The position numbers and the translations under genes were made by a program. From the NCBI GenBank assembly GCA_964514465.1, contig CAZERQ010000192.1:1-61748 (forward strand): a stretch of DNA of 61,748 nt, in the 5' to 3' direction. Positions 30,205 to 39,490 of the stretch are shown here, one piece after another; the first letter of the stretch is position 1; every line of letters begins with the position of its first letter. The notes under the pieces are model-generated. The model did not search any database. It was not told the origin of the DNA and was given only the letters and a program-made list of their open reading frames with translations. Source of the DNA: an uncultured Acidimicrobiales bacterium (lineage in GTDB: Bacteria; Actinomycetota; Acidimicrobiia; Acidimicrobiales; Hopanoidiivorantaceae).

Positions 30205-31281
30205 ATGACCGACAAGTCGCACACCCACTGGATGCTGGCCGCCGCCGAGCTGGCCCACAACGTGCGCATGCTGACATCGCCGCGGCCCTGGGTGGGCTGT
30301 GTGATTGTCGCCACCGACGGCACAACCCACCAAGGCGCCACCGACGGCAAGACCGGTCCGCACGCAGAACAGGTCGCCCTGCAGTCAGCCGGCGACAAAG
30401 CGGCCGGCGCGACGCTGTATAGCACGCTGGAGCCGTGCGCCCATCAGGGCCAGACCCCGCCCTGCACCCAGGCCATCATCGATGCCGGCATCGCCCGGGT
30501 GGTGGTGGCCATCACCGATCCGGATCCGCGCGTTAGCGGCCAGGGGCTCAAGCAGCTGACCGATGCCGGACTGGACGTCCACACCGGAGTCTGCGCCGAT
30601 GAGATAACCCGCCAGCTGCGTGCCTATATCTGCCACCGCAGCCACAAGCGACCCTACGTCACCCTCAAGCTGGCGGCCACCCTGGACGGCAAGGTGGCGC
30701 TGGCCGACGGCACCAGCCAGTGGCTGACCGGCCCGAAGGCGCGAGCCGATGCGCATCTGCTGCGCGCCGAATCCGATGCCGTGCTGGTTGGCGCCAACAC
30801 AGCCAGGCTGGACGACCCTCAGCTGACGGTGCGCCAGGCCAAGCTGCCTCCGGGTGTGCAACCCCAAGACGTGCAGCCGCGCCGGTTTGTGCTGGGCGAG
30901 ATCCCGGACGGCTCCAACCTGTCCCGCAGCGACCCCGATGCCGGAGTTTCCCCGGCCACCCCGCTCTCCGGGGATGTGGGTGAAATCCTAGCTGAACTGG
31001 CGGGCCAGGGCATCGTCTCGCTGCTGGTCGAGGGAGGGCCTGTCACCGCGGCTGCGTTCCATGAGGCCGGGCTGGTGGATCGCTATGTGTTCTATTTCTG
31101 TCCCGCGCTGGCGGGCGGCGATCAGGCGCGGGGAATGCTGGCCGGCGAGGCGCGGGGAATGCTGGCGGGCCAGGCGGCGGGCGAAATGGCCGAGCTGTGG
31201 CGCGGCGAGATAGCCGATGTCGCGCTGCTGGGCCCCGACCTGCGCATAGAAATTTTGCCCAAGTCGCCAAACCCAAGCTAG
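30205..31281 (+). CDS. ribD: Riboflavin biosynthesis protein RibD (deaminase/reductase)
   Basis: PRPWVGCVIV, HAEQVAL...TLEPCAHQGQTPPC, then the reductase half (YVTLKLAATLDGKVA). Start ATG 30205 follows the mog stop. Confidence 0.9.
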   Translation: MTDKSHTHWMLAAAELAHNVRMLTSPRPWVGCVIVATDGTTHQGATDGKTGPHAEQVALQSAGDKAAGATLYSTLEPCAHQGQTPPCTQAIIDAGIARVVVAITDPDPRVSGQGLKQLTDAGLDVHTGVCADEITRQLRAYICHRSHKRPYVTLKLAATLDGKVALADGTSQWLTGPKARADAHLLRAESDAVLVGANTARLDDPQLTVRQAKLPPGVQPQDVQPRRFVLGEIPDGSNLSRSDPDAGVSPATPLSGDVGEILAELAGQGIVSLLVEGGPVTAAAFHEAGLVDRYVFYFCPALAGGDQARGMLAGEARGMLAGQAAGEMAELWRGEIADVALLGPDLRIEILPKSPNPS

Positions 31282-31292
31282 CTTTAAAGACA

Positions 31293-32168
31293 ATGCTAAA
31301 GCTGGTTTTGCCAAAAGGCTCTTTAGAGAAAGCCACCCTGGAGCTGTTCCGGGAGGCCGATCTGCCCGTCAAGCGATCGTCTGACGTGGACTATCGGGCG
31401 TCGGTCAATGACCCGCGCATCGACAGCATCCAGATTCTGCGTCCCCAGGAGATCCCCAAGTTCGTGGAGCAGGGGCTGTTCGACTGCGGCATCACGGGCC
31501 GCGACTGGGTGGAGGAGACGGCCAGCGATGTCCAGTCGGTGGGCACCTTGCCCTATTCCAAACAGAGCGACCTGCCCATCAGGGTGGTGCTGGCGGTTCA
31601 CGGCGACAGCCCGTATGCACAGGTCAAGGATCTGCCCAACGGCGTCAAGGTCTCAACCGAATACACCCAACTGGCGCGCCGGTTCTTCGAGTCGCACAAC
31701 ATCGAGGCCGAGGTTCAGTTCTCCCACGGGGCCACCGAAGCCAAGGTGCCCGACATCGTGGATTGCGTGGTGGACATCATCGAGACAGGGCGGGCCATGA
31801 AGGCGGCCGGGCTGAAGGTCATCGACACCATTTTGACGTCGCACACCGAGCTGATCGTCAACCGCGAGACGGCCAAGGATCCCGAGAAGCTGCACGCGGT
31901 GGAGCAGATTTTTTTGTTGCTGACTGGTGTGCTGGAGGCGCGTGGGCAGGCGCTTTTGAAGATGAACGTGCCGACCGAAAAGCTGCAGGCGGTCATCGAC
32001 ATTTTGCCTTCCATGAAGTCGCCCACCGTCAATGAGCTGTTCGGCGAGCAGGGCTATGCGGTGGAGTCGGTGGTGTCGAAGTCCGGGATAAATCTTTTGA
32101 TACCGGCGCTGACCGATGCGGGCGCGCGCGACATCCTGGAGCTGTCGGTGTCCAAGATTGTGCATTAG
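31293..32168 (+). CDS. hisG: ATP phosphoribosyltransferase, long form
   Basis: MLKLVLPKGSLEKATLELF, ILRPQEIPKFVEQGLFDCGITGRDW, VDIIETGRAMKAAGLKVI, C-terminal regulatory domain. Start ATG 31293. Confidence 0.88.
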   Translation: MLKLVLPKGSLEKATLELFREADLPVKRSSDVDYRASVNDPRIDSIQILRPQEIPKFVEQGLFDCGITGRDWVEETASDVQSVGTLPYSKQSDLPIRVVLAVHGDSPYAQVKDLPNGVKVSTEYTQLARRFFESHNIEAEVQFSHGATEAKVPDIVDCVVDIIETGRAMKAAGLKVIDTILTSHTELIVNRETAKDPEKLHAVEQIFLLLTGVLEARGQALLKMNVPTEKLQAVIDILPSMKSPTVNELFGEQGYAVESVVSKSGINLLIPALTDAGARDILELSVSKIVH

Positions 32169-32245
32169 GCAGAAATTGTGCATTAGGCGGCAGTTGCTGG
32201 TAGGCTAGGATACAACACTTCCCCGAGGCAACAGAGAGGTTTCCC

Positions 32246-32620
32246 GTGCCACTATCTGAGGACGAACAAAAGATCCTCAACGAGATCGAGTCCCAGTTCT
32301 ATGAGTCTGACCCGCGGCTGGCGCGCGAGGTCCAGTCGACCACGGTCTATACGCGCCATGTCAAGATGCTGCGTTGGGCTGCGTTGGCGTTCGTGGCTGG
32401 GATTTTGATCATGATCTTCACGCTGAGCACGCATTTCTTGCTGGCGGCCAGCGGGTTCATCATCATGCTGGTGGCCGCGCTGGTGTTCGAGCACAACTTC
32501 CGCCAGATGAGCAAAGTGGGGCTGGAGCAACGGGCGCAGAAGAGGCGCGGCTCAGATATGTGGAGCATCTTTGGCTCCACCGGAGAAAAAATGCGGGACC
32601 GGTTCCAGCGCGAAAGCTAG
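32246..32620 (+). CDS. DUF3040-like small membrane protein
   Basis: PLSEDEQKILNEIESQFYESDPRLAREV followed by two hydrophobic helices. GTG start. Confidence 0.7.
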   Translation: MPLSEDEQKILNEIESQFYESDPRLAREVQSTTVYTRHVKMLRWAALAFVAGILIMIFTLSTHFLLAASGFIIMLVAALVFEHNFRQMSKVGLEQRAQKRRGSDMWSIFGSTGEKMRDRFQRES

Positions 32621-32633
32621 GGCGGGCCGGGAG

Positions 32634-35018
32634 TTAGGGGCCTTTGGGACGGCCACCCAGAAACAGCGGGCTGGTGATGCCATAGCCCAGCAATCTTTTC
32701 CAGCGCGGAATTCTAAGCAGGGCTTGACGGGTGGTCTGCAGGCGCAGCGCCTCGGCGGTCAGTGCGTCGGGATGGGTCAGCGCGGAAGTGTCGGACAGCG
32801 CGTCGGGAGCGTTCTGCGCGGCGGGTCGCCCATAGGCCACCTCTGCGGTCAAGTCGGCCAGCTGCGTCAGCGCTGCGTCGCCCCGGCTTGACTGGCGCCC
32901 GACCTCGTTGGCAAATTCGTGCAGGGTCATGTCGGCTGTCCTGGCCAGACCAGCGCGCCGCCAGACCAGTTGCGCCCGCTGCCACGACAACAGCACGTGC
33001 TGGCTGGCCGAGTTGCGAATCCGCCTCAGGAACAAGGCACCCCGAGCGGGGAACACGCCCAGCACCAGCCCGACGCCCAGCAAGACCGCCACCGCCAAAA
33101 GCCAAATGTTGCTGCGGCTGCCCTCATCGGCAAGCTCGGGGGCTTCGGGGCTGGCGACAGGGTCGGCTGGTGTCTGTATGTTTTCCGGCAGCAGCGTTTC
33201 CTCGGGCGGCTCGTCCTCGGTTGGAGCAAAGGCTTCCTGTTCGGGCACAAGCTGGCTGTGGCTGGAGTCGGGCGGGGCGCGGGTTGGGGTCGGCTCCATC
33301 AGCACCCAGCCAAAGTTGGGGATGAACACCTCCGGCCAGCTGTGGTAGTGTCGGCCATAGACGCTGAAGGCCCGCTGGTTTGGGTCGGAGGTTGAGTCTG
33401 AGTCCCCGTCTGAACCCAAATCCAAGTGCGCGAAATCCTGGGCCAGCTCTTGCGCCAAATCCCCGGTCAGCTCGTCGGACTCGCCCCAGGTGAAACCCAC
33501 CACCACCCGGGTCGGTAGCCCCAGCATCCGAGCCATCATCGCATAGGTGCTGGCGAACTGCTCGCAATAGCCCTGCCGGATGTCCAAGAAATCCTCAACC
33601 CGATCGATGGAATGGCCCTCCTCAACGTTCAGGTTGTAGGTGAACTCGCGCCTGAACCAGTTCTGCAGCGCCAGCGCGACATCATAGGGCGCCTGCGCAT
33701 CCCCGACCACATTAAGCGCCTCGTTAAAAGCCCGCGGGGAAACATCTTCGGGCAGCGCCAGATATTGCTGCGTCAGCTGAGGATGTGAGCGATAGTCGCT
33801 GAAGCTGACCTGCTGGAGCTGCGCGGCGCTGTAGGCGGGTATGTCAGACGACACGTCATAGGTCAGCCCGCCGACCGACTTGCCGCCGTCATCCACATTC
33901 ACCAGCAGGGTGGACGAGTCCCCGTCGTATAGTATCTCAAAGTCCTGCGGGCTGCGGTTGTCGACCCGGCTGACGTCAAAGGCGGCCGGCAGCCAGTCGG
34001 TCTCAAAACTGTCCAGGGTAAAGTGCTGGTCGAGGCGCACGGTGTAGTCGGCCGAGCTGGGGGACTGGGTCGGGTTGAGGCTGCCGCCGGCAGAGTTGTA
34101 GCTATAGGATGACGACCAGGACTGGCCGTCAAATTCGTCCAGAGCCGTGACCCGCCAGTATTGCGGCCGGGGGCTTATCACCGTGAACAGCTTGGTGTTG
34201 TTCTGGGTCTGCAGCCGGCTTTGGATTCCCACCAGCGGATTCAGCACCACCCGCTGTGTGCCGGTGCCGGTCGACACGCCCTGAAGCGAAGCCAGGTTGA
34301 TTCTGGTGGGGTCGCCTTCGGGTTCCAGATTTGCCCCGCCCACAAAACCCGCTCCCAGCACGAACACGAGCACCACCGCTCCGGTGCCCAACACCGCGGG
34401 CCGGCCGACCGGTGAGCGCCTGCGGTTGGCGAACACCCTGTGGGAGAGGGCGAAGCCCAAACCCAGCGATGCCATCAGGAAGGCCGCCAGCGGTCGGTTG
34501 GCGCCGACACCGAACAGCATGACCGCCAGGAACGCAAAGCTGTATCCCAAAAGTCCGTCCGCCGACGACATCCTGATCCTAAAGGCCGCCCAATCCGCCA
34601 GACCCGACAGCAAAAATATGATCGCCAGCGCGACCAGTAAAAAACCGGTGCTCAAGGTGAGCGGCACGATCTCGTCGCGCAGGGCGGTGGTCATCGTTTC
34701 CCAGTCGGTGGCGTAGTTCTGCCAGAGGTTGCCGTCCAGCTCAGCATCGCTGTCGAAGCGGTGCGCCGAGTTGGAATAGCGCAGATAGCTATAGATGGAC
34801 ATGGCGGCCAGGGCGTTGACCAAGCCGGCTGCCAGCAGCGGAAGTTTGAGCCGGCGCAGGATTGACCAGCCCGCATGGACGACGACGGCCAGGACGACCA
34901 GGTGCGGGTGCAGCAGGCTTTCTGTGAAGATGCTGCCGGCATACCACAGGGTCGTCAGCGTGAGCCCGAGCAGGAACAGCTCGCAGATCAGCTCAAAGGG
35001 GGTGTTCTTGGGGTTCAT
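32634..35018 (-). CDS. Transglutaminase-domain integral membrane protein (TgpA-like)
   Basis: Multi-TM N-terminus. Core GYCEQFASTYAMMARMLGLPTRVVVGF ... YHSWPEVFIPNFGWVLMEPTP (Cys-His-Asp type). A late TM segment WLLAVAVLLGVGLVLGVF. Confidence 0.85.
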   Translation of the reverse strand: MNPKNTPFELICELFLLGLTLTTLWYAGSIFTESLLHPHLVVLAVVVHAGWSILRRLKLPLLAAGLVNALAAMSIYSYLRYSNSAHRFDSDAELDGNLWQNYATDWETMTTALRDEIVPLTLSTGFLLVALAIIFLLSGLADWAAFRIRMSSADGLLGYSFAFLAVMLFGVGANRPLAAFLMASLGLGFALSHRVFANRRRSPVGRPAVLGTGAVVLVFVLGAGFVGGANLEPEGDPTRINLASLQGVSTGTGTQRVVLNPLVGIQSRLQTQNNTKLFTVISPRPQYWRVTALDEFDGQSWSSSYSYNSAGGSLNPTQSPSSADYTVRLDQHFTLDSFETDWLPAAFDVSRVDNRSPQDFEILYDGDSSTLLVNVDDGGKSVGGLTYDVSSDIPAYSAAQLQQVSFSDYRSHPQLTQQYLALPEDVSPRAFNEALNVVGDAQAPYDVALALQNWFRREFTYNLNVEEGHSIDRVEDFLDIRQGYCEQFASTYAMMARMLGLPTRVVVGFTWGESDELTGDLAQELAQDFAHLDLGSDGDSDSTSDPNQRAFSVYGRHYHSWPEVFIPNFGWVLMEPTPTRAPPDSSHSQLVPEQEAFAPTEDEPPEETLLPENIQTPADPVASPEAPELADEGSRSNIWLLAVAVLLGVGLVLGVFPARGALFLRRIRNSASQHVLLSWQRAQLVWRRAGLARTADMTLHEFANEVGRQSSRGDAALTQLADLTAEVAYGRPAAQNAPDALSDTSALTHPDALTAEALRLQTTRQALLRIPRWKRLLGYGITSPLFLGGRPKGP

Positions 35019-36316
35019 GGGGTGGCTCCGGCGGCGGTTTCGGTGGTGGTGGCCCCGGTCGCGGCGGCGGTCTCAGCGACTTTCGCGGCGGCTCCGAAAT
35101 AGCCGTTCCACTGCTGGGCGAAAGGCTCTTGCGGTGTGATATGCAAACTGTCTGTAAATGTGTTCTGCGCCGCCGGCGTCTGTCCGTCCGACGCCTGTGT
35201 GCCGTCTGCGAAGCTCACCAGCAGGTCGCAGCGAAACAGGGAAGTAATGTGGGGCAAGCTCGCCTCGTCGGGCGCCGGCTGGGATGTCTCCGGCCGGGAT
35301 GTCGCGGGCTGGGCCACCGCGGGCTGGGCCACCTCGGGTTGGGCGGTGATGGCAACCACCCGCCCCCGCGGCGCGAGCAAAATATTTTGCCGATCGCCCT
35401 GGGTTAGCCGGGCCAGCTCAACCAGAGCCCTGCGATAGCTGGCCTCGTCCTGTATGACCAGCGTGGGAATCACCTGAGCCTCACTGCCTGCCAAAAACTC
35501 CAGCCTCACCGGAAGCGAGCTGGCGTGGCAGGCGCTGATGATGCTGGCCGCGGCCCCCACCATTTGCTCGAACTCATCTGTCCCCGCGGCGCCCAGCCGG
35601 TTGTCCAGCACAACGGAAATCCCCAACTCCCACTGGTGCTCGTTCTGGCGTATCATAAGCTGTCCCAGCCGGGCGCTGGATTTCCAATGCACATGGCGGG
35701 CGTCATCGCCGGACAGATATTCCCTCAGGGCGTAAAAGTCATGGCCCGAGACGCCCTGCCAGGCCGAGCGGCGATCCTCCTGCCAGGTCTTGGTGCTGAT
35801 GGCGGTGTGCGGTGCCAGTATCTCCTCCCAATGCGGCAGCACCAGCAGCTGACCCGGGCTCCATTGCGTCCAGCGCCGCCGGGCCAGCGCAAACGGGTCG
35901 AGCGCATTCAGCGACAGCAGGCCGAACTCCACCACGCCGCGCTTGGTGGGACGGAAGTCATAGCTCACGTTGTTGCGGTTGGCCACGAAGTCGATCTGGA
36001 ATCGTTCGGTGCTTCCGTTGGGCAGATGCGCCACGATGCTGTCGGTGCCGGAGAACGGCAGCCGCCACAGCCGCCGCGCCAGCGGTTCGAACTCAAGCTC
36101 GACGGCGGCCGAACCGAAAGCCGGAACAAGCGTTGGCTCGATGAGTCGCCGGCAGGCATGGGCGGGACAGAAATATCTGACCGACAGCCAGGCACCGACC
36201 ATCAGCAGAACACCGACCGCGCCCAGCAAAACCAGCTCCTGCAGGGCCAGGGCCCGCCCCACGAAAAAAGCGGTCAGAGCCAGCAGCGCGGTCAGCCACC
36301 CGCTAGCGGTCGGCAT
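35015..36316 (-). CDS. DUF58-family protein (MoxR-associated)
   Basis: GVSGHDFYALREYLSGDDARHVHWKSSARLGQLMIRQNE. N-terminal TM pair. 4-nt overlap with the downstream transglutaminase gene. Confidence 0.85.
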   Translation of the reverse strand: MPTASGWLTALLALTAFFVGRALALQELVLLGAVGVLLMVGAWLSVRYFCPAHACRRLIEPTLVPAFGSAAVELEFEPLARRLWRLPFSGTDSIVAHLPNGSTERFQIDFVANRNNVSYDFRPTKRGVVEFGLLSLNALDPFALARRRWTQWSPGQLLVLPHWEEILAPHTAISTKTWQEDRRSAWQGVSGHDFYALREYLSGDDARHVHWKSSARLGQLMIRQNEHQWELGISVVLDNRLGAAGTDEFEQMVGAAASIISACHASSLPVRLEFLAGSEAQVIPTLVIQDEASYRRALVELARLTQGDRQNILLAPRGRVVAITAQPEVAQPAVAQPATSRPETSQPAPDEASLPHITSLFRCDLLVSFADGTQASDGQTPAAQNTFTDSLHITPQEPFAQQWNGYFGAAAKVAETAAATGATTTETAAGATP

Positions 36317-36361
36317 GGCTCCGGCTCGTCACCCGTCAGCTCCGGCCGCGCCAGCGTCTGC

Positions 36362-37360
36362 CTATGAAGGCACTGACAGCGGCACCGCCACCGAAGCCAG
36401 CACCGAATCCATCACCGAATGCGCGCTGGTGCCCCGGCGCAAGGCATCGCCGGTCAGGATCAGACGATGACCGATGGTGATGTGCGCCATGGCCTTGACG
36501 TCATCGGGCAGCACATAGCCGCGGCCGAACGAAGCCGCCCTGGCCTGCGCGACCGCCTGCAGGTTGAGCGTGGCACGGGGCGACATGCCCAGGGAAACCG
36601 CGCCGTGACCTCTGGTGGCTTCGGCGATGCTGATGATGTATGACTGGACTTCCGGCGCCACCGCCACGGTCTGGCGCACCTTTATCATCTCCAGCAGATC
36701 TTCGCGCGACAGCACCGACGGCAGCGCGGCTATGGTCTCGCTGGGGGAGGCCGAGCCGTGCGTGTTGAGTATTCTCATCTCCTGGTCGGCCGCGGGATAG
36801 CCCACGGTCAGGCGCATCAAAAAGCGATCCAGCTGGCTCTCGGGCAGAGGATAGGTGCCCTCTTGCTCCAGGTGGTTCTGGGTGGCGATGACCATGAACG
36901 GCGGATCGATGCCGTATCTCACGCCGTCGGTGGTCACCTGCCGTTCGGCCATGGCCTCAAGCAGTGCGGACTGGGCCTTGGGCGAGGCGCGGTTGATCTC
37001 GTCCACCAGCAACAGGTTGGTGAAGATCGGGCCGGGCTGATAGCTGAACTTCTGCTCCTGCTGGTTCCACACGGAGACGCCCAGCATGTCGGACGGCAAC
37101 AGATCGGGGGTGGACTGGATCCTGGCGAAGTCCACGCCGATGGAACGGGCCAGGGCTTTTGCCAGGCTGGTCTTGCCGACACCGGGGGCGTCGGCCAGCA
37201 GCAGGTGCCCCTCCGACAGCAGGCACAACACGGCGTGGTAGATGATTTCAGGTTTGCCGTGGATGACCTTTTCCACGTTGGCCACGACTGCCTTGACTTG
37301 CTCGGCAAAGTTTGACTGGGGGACTTGGGATGCTGGGGCTTCGGTTGGGGGGTTGCTCAT
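36362..37360 (-). CDS. moxR: MoxR-family AAA+ ATPase
   Basis: LLLADAPGVGKTSLAKALARS, RIQSTPDLLPSD, LLVDEINRASPKAQSALLEAM. Confidence 0.92.
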   Translation of the reverse strand: MSNPPTEAPASQVPQSNFAEQVKAVVANVEKVIHGKPEIIYHAVLCLLSEGHLLLADAPGVGKTSLAKALARSIGVDFARIQSTPDLLPSDMLGVSVWNQQEQKFSYQPGPIFTNLLLVDEINRASPKAQSALLEAMAERQVTTDGVRYGIDPPFMVIATQNHLEQEGTYPLPESQLDRFLMRLTVGYPAADQEMRILNTHGSASPSETIAALPSVLSREDLLEMIKVRQTVAVAPEVQSYIISIAEATRGHGAVSLGMSPRATLNLQAVAQARAASFGRGYVLPDDVKAMAHITIGHRLILTGDALRRGTSAHSVMDSVLASVAVPLSVPS

Positions 37361-37534
37361 TTTGGGTGGGTGGGTTATGCGGGTTGGATGGTGGCGCGGC
37401 TTTGGATCGCCAAATCTATTTCAGTCTACCGCCACATCGCCCAGCAGCCACATCAGCCTGCTTGTCCGTCCGAAAAATTTCCCCAAAATTCAAAAGCACA
37501 AAAATTGCACAACATACATATAGGCTTAAGGCTT

Positions 37535-38044
37535 ATGAACCGGGCACTTGTGCTAAACGTAACTGATGAGCCGCTGAGCGTCGTCTCAGGGCATCGGGCA
37601 GCCCTGCTCGCCTATGAGGGCAAGGCCGACATCGTGGAATTCGATGGCGAGATGCTTCGCTCCGAGAAGCTGACCTTGACCGTCCCCACGGTCGTGCGGC
37701 TGCGCTATTTCGTGCACATCAGCTATGAGCGAAGCTGCAACATCAGCCGGCGAGGCGTGTTTGCCCGAGACAACCACACCTGCCAATATTGTGGCGGCAA
37801 GGCCGACAGCATCGACCACATCATGCCCAAGAGCCGGGGTGGGGCGCACACTTGGGAGAACGTGGTGGCGGCCTGCCGGGGGTGCAACTCGCGCAAGCGC
37901 GACCGGCTGCCGTCGGAAATCGGACTGCAGCTGCGCCGCCGACCGATTGCGCCGAACCGCACGTCCTGGGTTCTGTCGTTCACCAACGATGTGCCCCACA
38001 TCTGGCGGCCGTATCTCCGAACCAAGATCCGCCAGGCCTCCTAG
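37535..38044 (+). CDS. HNH endonuclease
   Basis: CQYCGGKADSIDHIMPKSRGGAHTWENVVAACRGCNSRK. Start ATG 37535 (MNRALVLNV...). The listed 37325 start runs through the divergent intergenic region. Confidence 0.85.
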   Translation: MNRALVLNVTDEPLSVVSGHRAALLAYEGKADIVEFDGEMLRSEKLTLTVPTVVRLRYFVHISYERSCNISRRGVFARDNHTCQYCGGKADSIDHIMPKSRGGAHTWENVVAACRGCNSRKRDRLPSEIGLQLRRRPIAPNRTSWVLSFTNDVPHIWRPYLRTKIRQAS

Positions 38045-38177
38045 CGGCGGGCAGGGGGGACGGCGAGGCGACCGACAAGGTGGCTGGCAGGTTCGCCAAC
38101 TCCAACTCTCACCCGAGGAATTCCACTCCCGACAGCATCCCGGGTGCCGTGAGGTCTGGGTGCATGATTGGCCTGTT

Positions 38178-38834
38178 ATGGGCGAGGGGCAGTTTGGTGG
38201 CCAGGCGCGAATGGACGAACAGGCGCGGTCGGGCGAACAGGCGCGCACTGCCTGGCTGATTCTGGGCAGCTCACAAGACATTGCGCGAGTTGATGCCGAC
38301 CGCCTGGCCGAACTCGGCATCAGTCTGTTCCGGCGGCGCAGCGGCGGCGGAGCGGTGCTGCTCAAGCCCGGCTCGCAGGTTTGGATTGACGTGCTGATAC
38401 CGCGGGACGACAACCTGTGGCAAGACGACCTATCCAAGTCAAGTTTGTGGCTGGGCGAGATCTGGTGCGGGGTTTTGGCGCAAGCCGGGTTTTCAGCCGA
38501 GGTGCATCCCGGGCCGCATGCCGCCGGCAGATGGGGTGCGCTGGCGTGCTATCTGAGTCGGGCGGCAGGCGAGGTGCTGGTTGACGGGCGCAAGTGTGTC
38601 GGCATTTCACAGCGCAGAGACAAACAGGGTGCCCGCTTCCAGATGAGCCTGGTCTGCCACAGCGATGCCGGCGAGTTTGCCAGCCTGTTTCGTCTGAGCG
38701 AATCGGAGCGCCGGGAGCTGGAGTTGGAATTGGAGCAGGGTGTTCTGCCGCTGGCTGGCGCCACAACTCTTGGGGCAGATGACTTGGCCGGAGACCTTGC
38801 CGGCTGTTTCTTGGAAACCATAGCAGACATCTGA
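38178..38834 (+). CDS. Biotin/lipoate protein ligase (BPL/LplA/LipB) family catalytic-domain protein
   Basis: FRRRSGGGAVLLKPG and VDGRKCVGISQRR resemble the LplA RRxSGGGAV and GxKxxGxAQ motifs. Start is ATG 38178 or GTG 38160. The listed 37725 start overlaps the HNH gene. Confidence 0.6.
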   Translation: MGEGQFGGQARMDEQARSGEQARTAWLILGSSQDIARVDADRLAELGISLFRRRSGGGAVLLKPGSQVWIDVLIPRDDNLWQDDLSKSSLWLGEIWCGVLAQAGFSAEVHPGPHAAGRWGALACYLSRAAGEVLVDGRKCVGISQRRDKQGARFQMSLVCHSDAGEFASLFRLSESERRELELELEQGVLPLAGATTLGADDLAGDLAGCFLETIADI

Positions 38835-38890
38835 TCTGGGCGCGGGCCTAATCTGGCCTGCTTTCACCCACCTCTCCCCACCGCTATTTT

Positions 38891-38911
38891 CCCTGATATT
38901 TCAGGGGTTTT
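38891..38911 (+). terminator. Weak hairpin plus T-run after the BPL/LplA-like gene
   Basis: CCCTGA-tatt-TCAGGG followed by GTTTT. The stem is only 6 bp. Confidence 0.3.
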
Positions 38912-38944
38912 GGCACCCTGTCAGATATTATTCAAAATTAACCC

Positions 38945-38973
38945 TTGACAAGTGGGGAAAAGTGGCATATAGT
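38945..38973 (+). promoter_or_regulatory. dcw-cluster promoter (sigma-70/SigA type)
   Basis: TTGACA (38945-38950), 17-nt spacer, TATAGT (38968-38973). It lies ~100 nt upstream of the mraZ ATG. Confidence 0.7.
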
Positions 38974-38986
38974 GGGGATTTGTGGT
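38952..38986 (+). promoter_or_regulatory. Four 10-bp-phased GTGG boxes, candidate MraZ operator
   Basis: aGTGGGGaaa aGTGGCatat aGTGGGGatt tGTGGTgatt. GTGG at 38952, 38962, 38972 and 38982, spanning the -10 element. Confidence 0.6.
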
Positions 38987-39076
38987 GATTATCACATTCG
39001 CACCGCATTGCAAGCACAAATCAGACAGCCACGCGCAACCCCGCATCCAACCCCACGCACAACCCCGCACCCAACC

Positions 39077-39490
39077 ATGCATCTAGGCAAACACGACCGC
39101 ACCATTGACGACAAGGGCCGACTGGCCCTGCCGGCCGCCTTCAGATCCAGCTTCGGCGACACCGCATATGTGGCCAAAGCCCCGGGCGACAGCTGCATCA
39201 CAGTGTTCTTGCCCAAGGATTTCGAAAGCGCCATCGCCCGGCTGGAGACACTCCTGCGGGAGGGGCAAGCCAGCCAGAACGAATACCGCCAGTTCACCGC
39301 CAGCGCACAGGAGGTCACCTTTGACTCGCAAGGTCGCATCAGGATTCCGCTGGAGCTGCGCAATAGCACTTCCATCGACGACAGGGCTGTCGTTGCCGGC
39401 GTGGGAAGCAGGATCGAGATTTGGAACGACGATGCTTGGCAGGCGGTGGAGGACGACACGACCTCCCTGAAAGGCGAAAGGTGGCTGTAG
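39077..39490 (+). CDS. mraZ: Transcriptional regulator MraZ
   Basis: MHLGKHDRTIDDKGRLALPAAFR ... FDSQGRIRIPLELR (two SpoVT/AbrB-like halves). Start ATG 39077. Confidence 0.9.
   Translation: MHLGKHDRTIDDKGRLALPAAFRSSFGDTAYVAKAPGDSCITVFLPKDFESAIARLETLLREGQASQNEYRQFTASAQEVTFDSQGRIRIPLELRNSTSIDDRAVVAGVGSRIEIWNDDAWQAVEDDTTSLKGERWL

Noticed and set aside
37725-38177. Listed 5-prime extension of the BPL/LplA-like ORF
   Set aside because: It overlaps the HNH gene in another frame and has no homology-like features. The ligase-fold motifs begin only after ATG 38178.
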